32,000 nt of DNA from Candidatus Nitrospira inopinata (GCF_001458695.1 NZ_LN885086.1:1740001-1772000); one strand, 5' to 3'; positions 1-7,285 are shown, numbered from the stretch's first letter. A program made the numbers and translations. Notes: generated by a model not told the origin, from the sequence alone.

Positions 1-103
1 TGCGGGTGAGCGATGTGGGCCTGCGGGAGGGCGTGCTGATCGACTTGGCGACGAAGAAACTTCTATGCCCCTCCCCCTTGCGAGCGGTTATCGACTCTCG
101 ATA
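1..103 (+). CDS. 3' end of a gene cut by the window edge. The C-terminal peptide RVSDVGLREGVLIDLATKKLLCPSPLRAVIDSR* resembles the end of a Ppx/GppA-type phosphatase domain.
   Basis: The frame starting at nt 2 is open to TAA at 101-103. The VS-x-GLREGVL-x-L motif is, from memory, typical of the C-terminal end of the Ppx/GppA domain. No search was possible. Confidence 0.45.
9..51. repeat. Left copy of a 43-bp perfect direct repeat (agcgatgtgggcctgcgggagggcgtgctgatcgacttggcga).
   Basis: Identical to 821-863 by direct comparison. The 8 nt upstream (1-8 vs 813-820) still match at 6 of 8 positions. Confidence 0.95.
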
Positions 104-112
104 ACATGACCC

Positions 113-403
113 GTGATTGAATCTTTTGCCAATCGACTTGCGGAAGATCTTTTCGACGATCGGCAATCAAAGGCCGTTCTGAAATTTCCGTCCGATCTGA
201 TCCGTACGGCCCGTCGCAAGCTGCTCTATTTGCACGATGCGTCGGAAATCGGGGATCTGCGCGAGCCACCGGGAAATCGATTGGAAGCGCTGAAGGGCGA
301 GTGGAAGGGGTTTTACTCCATTCGGATCAATGATCAATGGCGGGTTGTATTTCGTTGGCATGACGGTAATGCGTACGAGGTTCAAATCATCGACTATCAT
401 TGA
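113..403 (+). CDS. higB: HigB-type toxin (RelE/ParE superfamily, plasmid maintenance system killer family).
   Basis: A 96-aa ORF with a GTG start. MIESFANRLAEDLF...PPGNRLEALKGEWKGFYSIRINDQWRVVFRWHDGNAYEVQIIDYH is the classic HigB/COG3549 pattern. The toxin lies upstream of the antitoxin, as in higBA. Confidence 0.9.
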   Translation: MIESFANRLAEDLFDDRQSKAVLKFPSDLIRTARRKLLYLHDASEIGDLREPPGNRLEALKGEWKGFYSIRINDQWRVVFRWHDGNAYEVQIIDYH

Positions 404-439
404 GCGCAGGCTATTGTATTTTTGTATAAGGAGAGCATC

Positions 440-706
440 ATGAGACTCCCCAAGAACCCATTTCATCCGGGTGAGATGCTGCTCGAAGAGTTTCTCATCC
501 CCAGGAAGATGACTCAGGCGGCGTTGGCGAAAAAGCTTGGCTGGACGAGAGCTCGCCTGAACGAGCTGATTAAGGGCAAGCGCGACATTACGGCGGACTC
601 CGCCCTGGATTTGGCACGTGTGCTTGGCACGTCCGCCAAACTTTGGATGAATCTCCAGGCGACATTTGATCTCGACAAGGCGATGCGAAAAAGAAAGATC
701 GCCTGA
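440..706 (+). CDS. higA: HigA-type antitoxin, XRE-family HTH (VapI/COG3093-like).
   Basis: AAGGAGA at 428-434 is followed by ATG at 440. PFHPGEMLLEEFLIPRKMTQAALAKKLGWTRARLNELIKGKRDITADSALDLARVLGTSAKLWMNLQATFDL matches the HigA consensus. The track ORF begins at TTG 422, but ATG 440 has the better RBS. Confidence 0.9.
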   Translation: MRLPKNPFHPGEMLLEEFLIPRKMTQAALAKKLGWTRARLNELIKGKRDITADSALDLARVLGTSAKLWMNLQATFDLDKAMRKRKIA

Positions 707-883
707 CGATGTGAGCGGGTCCGCCGGATCTCAAATAGACCGAGAAGAAGTTCTCGCGCAGCCGGCGCCATCATCGTCCGGACGGTGATGGAGACATTGG
801 GGATGTCCGAGTTGCTGGTCAGCGATGTGGGCCTGCGGGAGGGCGTGCTGATCGACTTGGCGATGAGGATGCAAAGAGGGTAA
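707..883 (+). pseudogene. Displaced or duplicated 3' fragment of the same Ppx/GppA-like gene (...RTVMETLGMSELLVSDVGLREGVLIDLAMRMQRG*), with no start codon context.
   Basis: The frame is open from the higA stop to TAA at 881-883. The part from about nt 779 onward reads like the end of a Ppx/GppA domain and contains the right copy of the 43-bp repeat. Confidence 0.45.
821..863. repeat. Right copy of the 43-bp perfect direct repeat.
   Basis: Identical to 9-51. Confidence 0.95.
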
Positions 884-1056
884 AAGTGCTCGGTCAGTCT
901 CTACTCGGAAGGTCAAATCGGTGGAACGGAAGGGCTGGCGGCCAAGTCTTGCGGGCACTGGGGCCCCGTTGGTTCCAGCTTGCTTCCGTCCCGCTCCATG
1001 ATGGGTTGTGCCGTTGCGATCACCTGCTGGTTCCTCGCACACGTTCGTCGCAGATT

Positions 1057-1140
1057 TTACTCGTTTTCCGCCGACAAGGCTTTATAGAGCACTCCGAACA
1101 ACAGCGTCGCCCCGATTGCGCCTAACACTATGACCGCCAT
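1057..1140 (-). CDS. Candidate 27-aa hydrophobic micro-protein (MAVIVLGAIGATLLFGVLYKALSAENE).
   Basis: ATG (complement of 1138-1140) is preceded by a strong GGAGGTG Shine-Dalgarno (complement of 1149-1155) at 8-nt spacing. It has a single TM-like segment. It is too short for the ORF track and there is no homology evidence. Confidence 0.35.
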   Translation of the reverse strand: MAVIVLGAIGATLLFGVLYKALSAENE

Positions 1141-1208
1141 GATCGATCACCTCCTTCAAGTTCTGCTTATCACCATAGCCTGAGAATATGAACGATCCAT
1201 GATGAAAT

Positions 1209-1226
1209 CATGAAGAATTCTTCATG
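1209..1226. promoter_or_regulatory. 18-bp perfect palindrome catgaagaa/ttcttcatg, overlapped by a 6-3-6 inverted repeat catgat-gaa-atcatg (1198-1212). Candidate operator or weak hairpin.
   Basis: Read directly from the sequence. It lies in an AT-rich 226-nt gap between the methyltransferase stop (1367) and the micro-ORF RBS. Confidence 0.4.
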
Positions 1227-1366
1227 TTTGGAACATGGGCTTGGCGGAAGGAACGAGGAGATTTGGCCCGGTGTCGGCGCCGGAATTTCTACGAGTGTGA
1301 GGTCTTGAAGCGATGAAAGAGTCGGTGAAATTCGATGGTCGGCTGGCGCGGCTGATCGGGTGCTTT

Positions 1367-2857
1367 CTACTGCTGGGAATACCAGCGATACCCTTTGGCT
1401 TCGGTGAATCGCGCCTTGGAGACGCCACCCGGCTTTTCGAGGAGCAGTACCTTGAAGTCGAAGAGATTAAACCAGGCCGGATCCGCCACGTCGTGATAGT
1501 GGCAGCCCTGGAGTTTGGGGAGCATGTCGCCTAAAGCCCGTTGCAGCTCCGGCTCGGTATAGGCTTTGACGGCGAACGGTTTGTTGAGCAGGTCGCAGAA
1601 TCGCTGAATCGTGTAGACGGCTCCCGTACAGAGGACTTTAGTATCGGGCTTGACGGCGAGAAATTGAGGCAGCGGGAGGTACCGTTCCTGAAAGCCCAGC
1701 CGGTGGATCACCTGTCGAAGGTGGGAGTATTGGACTTCATACTCGGTGTGACCCGGTAATCGAACCGGCTGAGGCCAGCCGGTTTCGATCCCGAATTCCG
1801 CGAGAAACGCCCGTCCCCCCGGCTTGAGCACCCGCCAGAGCTCCGTAACAAAGCGGATGGGACCCAAATTGAAGATCACGTGGTTCGGGGGATCAGGGTC
1901 GAGGGAAATGTGGGCGCGTCTGATCCAATCCAGCGCCTCCTGGTGCTGAGGGGTCTCACCGATACCGGATTGCAGCTCTTGTTTGGAGAGCCGGACCGGC
2001 GTCATATCGGCCATGTTTTCATTGTCGATGACCAGATCGATCGAATTGTCCAAAAACGGCAGGACTTCGGCGTCGGCCCTGGCGCCGACGGCGTTCCATC
2101 CTCCTTCTTTCGCCCGTCGAAGCTGAAGTTGCAAGAAGGCTCTGGTCAGATCGAGCGAGATGTAGCGGATGGACTGTTTTTCGAACGGCAGCAGATCTTT
2201 TCCCAGTTCTCGCGCGACGTAACCCAGCCCTCCGCCTATTTCGAGGATGATCTTGGGTTTGGGCGAAAGCCAGCCAAGACGACGAATCTGCCGCATGAGC
2301 AGCCGACCGTAGGTCAGCCCGCCGAGCACCCCGGTCGGCTCACGAAACAGGTGTGAGACGGTGGTTTCGATCAGATCGAAATGGCGATCGTCCTCGTGCG
2401 GCTCCGTCAAGGTATGGCGGTGAAAGTGGTCCAGGCGGTCCTCCCCTTCGAAACCATCTTGCCCCGACCAGTCTTCCCGTATTCGTTGGAGCAAGAGATC
2501 CCATTTGGCCTGGTGCCGGTGGCCGCCGGGCGGTTCGCTGCCGTAGTAGCAGAGGGAATAGCTCGGCGTGGCCCACCGCTCCAGGTGCCAGCGTCCCGGT
2601 TGGCCGTCCGGGCCGCAGACCTTGGTTCCAAACTGTTCCAACAAGGCGCCCACGGTCGTGTGGCCGTTCATGGCGCGGAGCATGGCGACGCCCGTCGGGT
2701 TGAGGCGTATCACCGGCAGATCGTCATCAAGAGGAGCGAGCCAAAACTCGTCGCCATGGTGCTGATAAATGACGAGGTCGGGGACTCGCCAGGCAAAGAG
2801 ATTGAGCGTATCACCGGTCAGCGGGATCGGTTCTTGAACGAACGCGCGGGGTTTCAT
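1367..2857 (-). CDS. Class I SAM-dependent methyltransferase with an N-terminal PqqD-like (RRE-like) segment.
   Basis: A 496-aa ORF. Motif I is ILEIGGGLGYVARELG, post-I is YISLDL, motif II is IDLVIDNENMADM and motif III is LKPGGRAFLAEF. The N-terminal LNPTGVAMLRAMNGHTTVGALLEQF fits the PqqD-family core pattern LN-x-T...G..TV..L. Confidence 0.75.
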   Translation of the reverse strand: MKPRAFVQEPIPLTGDTLNLFAWRVPDLVIYQHHGDEFWLAPLDDDLPVIRLNPTGVAMLRAMNGHTTVGALLEQFGTKVCGPDGQPGRWHLERWATPSYSLCYYGSEPPGGHRHQAKWDLLLQRIREDWSGQDGFEGEDRLDHFHRHTLTEPHEDDRHFDLIETTVSHLFREPTGVLGGLTYGRLLMRQIRRLGWLSPKPKIILEIGGGLGYVARELGKDLLPFEKQSIRYISLDLTRAFLQLQLRRAKEGGWNAVGARADAEVLPFLDNSIDLVIDNENMADMTPVRLSKQELQSGIGETPQHQEALDWIRRAHISLDPDPPNHVIFNLGPIRFVTELWRVLKPGGRAFLAEFGIETGWPQPVRLPGHTEYEVQYSHLRQVIHRLGFQERYLPLPQFLAVKPDTKVLCTGAVYTIQRFCDLLNKPFAVKAYTEPELQRALGDMLPKLQGCHYHDVADPAWFNLFDFKVLLLEKPGGVSKARFTEAKGYRWYSQQ

Positions 2858-2920
2858 GGCAAGAGGCGAGCAGCCTACAAGAAGGGTTCGTCGTTCCGCA
2901 AGACGTTGCGAGGATGGCGA

Positions 2921-3298
2921 CTACAATTGCGACGGCGCTGAAGGCGCGTCGGTGACGATCACAATGCCTCTCATGATGGGATGAATGCGACAGTGGTACG
3001 GATAGCGACCGGGTGGCAGGCCGGGAACGGTAAATTGCCCTCCGGGGGGGACGGGCCCCGAGTCAAACAGACACGATCGTTGCTCTTCCATGCAGCCGTT
3101 ATGCGTGACGGTGTGGTGAGTCGGGGTCGGATTCTCCCACCGAATGGGATTGCCGCTGGAAACAGTCGCGGAAGCGGGAACGTAATAGGGCGACCCATCT
3201 TCCATAATGATGCTCGTTGGCGGCGGGCCGCCCATCGTCAAGCCGGTCGAGCAGGCCCCCCACAGCGTGACTAGACCGATTGTCTGCAACCAGTTCAT
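2921..3298 (-). CDS. Type-1 (blue) copper protein, amicyanin-like cupredoxin with a signal peptide. Possibly a lipoprotein.
   Basis: Copper ligand set: His in HHTVTH, then Y-H-C-R-I-H-P-I-M (C-x2-H-x2-M spacing as in amicyanin). The N-terminus MNWLQTIGLVTLWGAC is signal-like. ATG at 3298 has an AAGGA upstream. The track ORF extends to 3349 without an RBS. Confidence 0.85.
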   Translation of the reverse strand: MNWLQTIGLVTLWGACSTGLTMGGPPPTSIIMEDGSPYYVPASATVSSGNPIRWENPTPTHHTVTHNGCMEEQRSCLFDSGPVPPGGQFTVPGLPPGRYPYHCRIHPIMRGIVIVTDAPSAPSQL

Positions 3299-3411
3299 GG
3301 AAACGGTATCCTTGCTCGCGACAGCGATTATCTCCACAATACAATCCATGAGAGCCGAGCAATGGAGGAAGGATTCGCTCGGCCGGCGCGCATGGATTCA
3401 GACATAAGATT

Positions 3412-3439
3412 ATCTTAGCACGGTGTGGTGGAGCGGCAA
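3412..3439 (-). promoter_or_regulatory. Candidate sigma70-like promoter for the cupredoxin/methyltransferase operon (-35 TTGCCG, 16-nt spacer, -10 TAAGAT).
   Basis: Hexamers were read on the minus strand. The -10 lies within a 13-bp palindrome taagat-t-atctta (3405-3417). Weak consensus match only. Confidence 0.25.
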
Positions 3440-3504
3440 CTTGCACGGTTCCTGCTTATGTGTAACGGTTGTCCGGAGGAAGGAGTAGAGGGGATGAGAA
3501 GCAG

Positions 3505-3534
3505 TTGCAAGAGATCATTCGTTCATGCTAGATG
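3505..3534 (+). promoter_or_regulatory. Candidate promoter for the H1-like gene (-35 TTGCAA, 18-nt spacer, extended -10 TGc-TAGATG).
   Basis: Hexamers read directly, about 65 nt upstream of ATG 3598. GGAGGA RBS at 3584-3589. Confidence 0.25.
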
Positions 3535-3597
3535 GTGGCCGTCGGTCAGTCGCGGGCGGTCGTGAATTGAAAGGACGACAACCAGGAGGACGAAAAG

Positions 3598-4065
3598 ATG
3601 GCGAAAAAGAAAGCCGCAGCCAAGAAAACGTCGGCGAAGAAGACCGCGGCAAAAAAGAAAGCCGCAGCCGCATCTAAGAAGAAATCCGTCAAGAAAGTCG
3701 CCAAGAAAAGTGCGGCTGTCGCCAAGAAAGTCGCCAAGAAAACAGCCGCCAAGAAGCCCGCGAAGAAACCCGCAAGGAAACCCGCGAAGAAATCTCCCGC
3801 TAAGCCGGTCAGTGCCGGCGTTCCCGCGGCGAAAGAGGTGGTTTCGGATGAGAAGGCGTCTCGCAAGGCCCCTGCCGTCGCGCCGATCGAGCCCAAGGAC
3901 CTCGATCTGGATGAGGAGGACATGGTAGACGAGGAGTTGGACATGGAGGGCGACCTTGACGACGACATGGGAGAAGATCTGGACCTTGATGATGAAGACG
4001 GCGACGAATTCCTGGAAAAGTCCGAAAATCTTTTGGACGATCAGGATGATTACCGAGACGAGTAA
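3598..4065 (+). CDS. Histone-H1-like Lys/Ala-rich DNA-binding protein with a poly-acidic C-terminal tail.
   Basis: 155 aa. Residues 1-~70 are AKKxAAKK repeats of the kind found in bacterial H1-like proteins (Hc1/AlgP/BpH1 type). Residues ~100-155 are D/E-rich (DLDLDEEDMVDEELDMEGDLDDDMGEDLDLDDEDGDE). Strong GGAGGA RBS. Confidence 0.75.
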   Translation: MAKKKAAAKKTSAKKTAAKKKAAAASKKKSVKKVAKKSAAVAKKVAKKTAAKKPAKKPARKPAKKSPAKPVSAGVPAAKEVVSDEKASRKAPAVAPIEPKDLDLDEEDMVDEELDMEGDLDDDMGEDLDLDDEDGDEFLEKSENLLDDQDDYRDE

Positions 4066-4315
4066 ACCTTCGAGTCTTGATCGGGCCGCGTCAGTCAGGC
4101 CGGTACCGGTTCCATGAGAGAGGTGTGAGGGCGCTCAAGAGAACGACCGCTATCGAGAGAGCTCTCCGTTTTGCGTGTGTGTCCTGCCTGTTAAGCAAGC
4201 GAGACCCTCTGGTGTAAGGGGGAGTGTCTTGCTCGTCAATGTTTTACCAATCCACCTGAGAGGTTCTGTTTTCTCGTGGGACGGCTCTTCTCAAAACCCC
4301 GTTAGAGAATCCGTC

Positions 4316-5410
4316 GTGAGCCGTTGGGTCGTCCGTCTCCTAATCTGTATGATCGGCTGTATGGTCGGATGGATTGTTGGGGGAGGAGGTGTCGTGAGTC
4401 GCCCCCTAGCCGCCGCGGATTGCGTGGTGGAGACGGCGGCCGGTTCGGGAGGGGCGGGTTTGGTTCTACGATTTGCCCCGACCTGTTCGCAGTCGGAACG
4501 GGAAGCCAGGGCGGTTCAGGCAACGGCCATTCTCGATGCCCTCATGAAAGAACGTCGGGTCGAACTGGTCGGGGTGATTGTCCAGGGCGATCTGAATTTG
4601 GATCGCTTGCCAGTCCGAGGGACCGTGAGCGGCGAGCGGACGGTGCCGGAGGGACTGGAGGAGGCGAGGGGGCGGGAGTTGCGACACATTCGTGAGACGT
4701 TGATCATCAGGGATTCGATCGTGCGCGGAGCGGTGCGTCACGGCCTGTCCGAGGGGGCGCTGCTGTTTGCGCAACCGATTGATCTTCGCGGAACGACCTT
4801 CGATGAAGAGGTGGATTTTTCACGATCAATCTTTCAGGAGGCGGTGCGACTGTCGGGAGCGACCTTTCAGAAAGAGGCCTACTTCGTCCAAGGATCGTTC
4901 ATGAAGGGGCTCGACTGTCGAGAAACAAAGTTCGGGCCTCGCACGAGGTTTCATCGCTCCATCTTTCGAGGGCCGGTCGATTGCGCCGGAGCTCTGTTCG
5001 ACGGGATGGCGGAGTTGTTGGAGGTCGCGTTTGAACAGCCGGCCGTTTTCGAGCGGGCGCGATTCGGGTCCGGCACCGGATTCTCCGGAAGTCGGTTTGC
5101 TCGAACGGCGAATTTCGAAGAAGCCATCTTCAGCCGCGATTCGTTTTTTGCGTTTTCCGTGTTTGAAGAAACCGTTGTGTTCTCCGGTGCCAGGTTTTTG
5201 GGGAGCGCTGATTTTTCAGGAGCGGTGTTCAGGAAGCCGGATGATTTGGCCAAGGCGCGGTTCGACGTGCCTCCGCTTTTTACCAACGCAAGCCGAGTCT
5301 CCGAAGAGTCGCCTACGCCCGACTCCGGCCTTTCTTTCGGCTCGTATGCCGTGACCGCCGCGTGTTTGGCGCTGGCGGTGGCTTTGTTGGTCTATGCGTG
5401 GAAAATCTGA
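4316..5410 (+). CDS. Pentapeptide-repeat protein with an N-terminal signal-anchor and a C-terminal TM segment.
   Basis: Consecutive A(D/N)LxF-like pentapeptides run from about LRGTTFDEEVDFSRSIFQEAVRLSGATFQKEAYF to SADFSGAVFRKPD. N-terminal hydrophobic stretch RLLICMIGCMVGWIVGGGGVV and C-terminal YAVTAACLALAVALLVYAW. The start is uncertain: the track ORF starts at GTG 4175, and GTG 4316 is chosen because it precedes the TM segment. Confidence 0.8.
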   Translation: MSRWVVRLLICMIGCMVGWIVGGGGVVSRPLAAADCVVETAAGSGGAGLVLRFAPTCSQSEREARAVQATAILDALMKERRVELVGVIVQGDLNLDRLPVRGTVSGERTVPEGLEEARGRELRHIRETLIIRDSIVRGAVRHGLSEGALLFAQPIDLRGTTFDEEVDFSRSIFQEAVRLSGATFQKEAYFVQGSFMKGLDCRETKFGPRTRFHRSIFRGPVDCAGALFDGMAELLEVAFEQPAVFERARFGSGTGFSGSRFARTANFEEAIFSRDSFFAFSVFEETVVFSGARFLGSADFSGAVFRKPDDLAKARFDVPPLFTNASRVSEESPTPDSGLSFGSYAVTAACLALAVALLVYAWKI

Positions 5411-5491
5411 GCGGCATGGAAAATCCGAGCGTTTTCCCGGCGCGGGGATTCCGGCTTGCTCGCCATCTCTTGGGCTGGTATAACGAGCGTC

Positions 5492-6286
5492 ATGGCTCAC
5501 CGGATTGAAGCCGCTCAATCGGCGGAATCGTCCTATCAGGTTCGCATCGAGAATTTTGAGGGACCGCTGGACCTCCTGCTCCATCTCATCAAAAAGAACG
5601 AAATCAATATTTACGATATCCCGATCGCGCTCATTGCACGACAGTACTTGGAGTACATCGAGGCGATGAAGACGCTCAACCTCAACGTCGCGGGGGACTT
5701 TTTGGTCATGGCGGCGACCCTTTTGCAGATCAAGTCGAAAATGCTGCTGCCCTCCGACAAAGCCGCCCACGATGAGGAAGAAGGGCCGGATCCGAGGGAT
5801 GAGCTCGTTCGGCGGCTGTTGGAATACAAGGCCTACAAGGAGGCGGCGTCCCGACTTGATGAGCAGGAAAAGATGTGGCGTGAACTGTTCCCACGCGGGA
5901 AGGCGGCCGCCGAATCCGTCGAATCGGACGAGATGTCCTTGGAGCACGTCTCGCTGTTCGACCTGGTCGACGCGCTTCAAAAGATCCTGGACCGCGACTC
6001 CGGGAAGCGACTCATTGAGATTGCTCCCGATAATCTGACGGTGCGGGAACGAATGAACAAAATTCTTGAGCTGCTGGAAAGAAAAGACTCCGTGCCGTTT
6101 GCGGAACTCTTCGACCAGGCGACCCATCGCCTGGTCGTGGTCGTGACGTTTTTGGCGATGTTGGAATTGATTCGGCTTCGAGTGGCGCGGGTTTTTCAAG
6201 CGAAATTGTTCGGACCGATTTTGGTGTCTCGGGCTTTTTCCTTGGTGCCCGATCCCGCCGAAGTCGATGCCGGCGACATGGAATAA
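5492..6286 (+). CDS. scpA: Segregation and condensation protein A (SMC kleisin).
   Basis: YQVRIENFEGPLDLLLHLIKKNEINIYDIPIALIARQYLEYI is the hallmark ScpA N-terminus. The ATG at 5492 (MAHRIE...) is preferred over the upstream TTG at 5456. Confidence 0.93.
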   Translation: MAHRIEAAQSAESSYQVRIENFEGPLDLLLHLIKKNEINIYDIPIALIARQYLEYIEAMKTLNLNVAGDFLVMAATLLQIKSKMLLPSDKAAHDEEEGPDPRDELVRRLLEYKAYKEAASRLDEQEKMWRELFPRGKAAAESVESDEMSLEHVSLFDLVDALQKILDRDSGKRLIEIAPDNLTVRERMNKILELLERKDSVPFAELFDQATHRLVVVVTFLAMLELIRLRVARVFQAKLFGPILVSRAFSLVPDPAEVDAGDME

Positions 6287-6310
6287 GCATAAAAGGGAGA
6301 CGTCCCTCCA

Positions 6311-7210
6311 ATGATCGATGAGATGAACCCCGCATCGGCTGAATCGGCGAGTGAGCCGCCCGAGGTCGCGTCGGCCGGTGATTCTCCGGGCGGCGAACCC
6401 TGCTCGGGCCATGAAACGGCGGCGCGAACCTTCGAGACCTGGGAGCTGAAGGGCATTGTGGAGTCGTTGTTGTTCGTGTCGCAGGAGCCTCTATCGCTTC
6501 AACGGCTTGTGACGGTGATCGGGGACGTCACGAAGGCGGAGGTGTCCGAGGCGCTCGGCATGCTTGAGGAGGAATTGGGGAAGCAAGGGCGCGGGATTCG
6601 TCTGGTGGAGGTTGCCGGAGGATTTCGACTCGTTACGAAACAGGAGTATGCGCCCTGGATCAAGCGATTGGATAAATCAAAATCGACGGCGAAACTGTCG
6701 CGGTCGGCGCTCGAATCGCTGGCGATCATCGCCTATAAGCAGCCGATCGTGAAGGCGGAAATCGAGGAAATTCGCGGAGTCGAAACGTCGGGAGTCGTGC
6801 GGACTCTGCTGGAACGGAAACTGGTTCGGATCGTCGGGCGCAAGGAGGTACCGGGGCGTCCCATCATGTACGGGACGACGAAGTATTTTCTTGAGCATTT
6901 CGGGTTGAACGATCTCTCGCAACTGCCGCCGCTCCGGGAATTCAAAGAGTTGGGCGAGTCGGAACAGACGACGCTGCCGATGGACGAGGCCGAGAGATTC
7001 GCGGCGAACGGCTCCGCTCACGTCGCCGATGTGGTCCGGGCTGACGCGCTTGTCGATCAGGCCGACGCGTTATCCGAGACGGTCGTCGAAGAAGATCAGG
7101 CTGAAAGAGATCGGATCGAAACGGCGCTGGAAGCGGAGTTGAAAGCACTCCCAACCGCCGATGCCGAGCCGGACGGAATGCTTCTTGACGAGCCGGTTGA
7201 GCAGACATGA
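6311..7210 (+). CDS. scpB: Segregation and condensation protein B, with extended acidic N- and C-terminal tails.
   Basis: IVESLLFVSQEPLSLQRL... and IVKAEIEEIRGVETSGVVRTLLERKLVRIVGRKEVPGRPIMYGTTKYFLEHFGLNDLSQLPPL are the two ScpB winged-helix signatures. It directly follows scpA. Confidence 0.93.
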   Translation: MIDEMNPASAESASEPPEVASAGDSPGGEPCSGHETAARTFETWELKGIVESLLFVSQEPLSLQRLVTVIGDVTKAEVSEALGMLEEELGKQGRGIRLVEVAGGFRLVTKQEYAPWIKRLDKSKSTAKLSRSALESLAIIAYKQPIVKAEIEEIRGVETSGVVRTLLERKLVRIVGRKEVPGRPIMYGTTKYFLEHFGLNDLSQLPPLREFKELGESEQTTLPMDEAERFAANGSAHVADVVRADALVDQADALSETVVEEDQAERDRIETALEAELKALPTADAEPDGMLLDEPVEQT

Positions 7211-7285
7211 GTTCTTCCTTACGGGACGTTTCGGTTTCATCATGAAAGCCGATCGGCGGAGCGGCGTTCCTCGGCTATCCGTTCC

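Noticed and set aside
731-1125. ORFs 731-1042 (minus strand, 103 aa) and 886-1125 (plus strand, 79 aa) downstream of higA.
   Set aside because: They have no RBS and odd composition, and they overlap each other as well as the Ppx-like remnant and the micro-ORF. This is more likely non-coding sequence left around the insertion site.
3546-3968. A 140-aa minus-strand ORF (Ser/Phe/Ala/Leu-rich) and a +2-frame 72-aa ORF inside the H1-like gene.
   Set aside because: Both are mirror or alternate-frame readings of the AAG/GCC repeat DNA. The + frame has a strong RBS and a coherent K/A-then-D/E architecture.
5399-5431. A 15-nt imperfect direct repeat tggaaaatc(t/c)gagcg x2 straddling the pentapeptide gene stop, plus a small ggaaaa/ttttcc stem.
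   Set aside because: It is very short, has one mismatch and is weak in both U-tract and stem. It could be a minor duplication or a weak terminator, but there is not enough support to call it.
5216-6412. A 398-aa minus-strand ORF overlapping scpA.
   Set aside because: It is antisense to an unambiguous ScpA. The translation is R/G/H/Q-rich with no recognisable domains. Shadow ORF.
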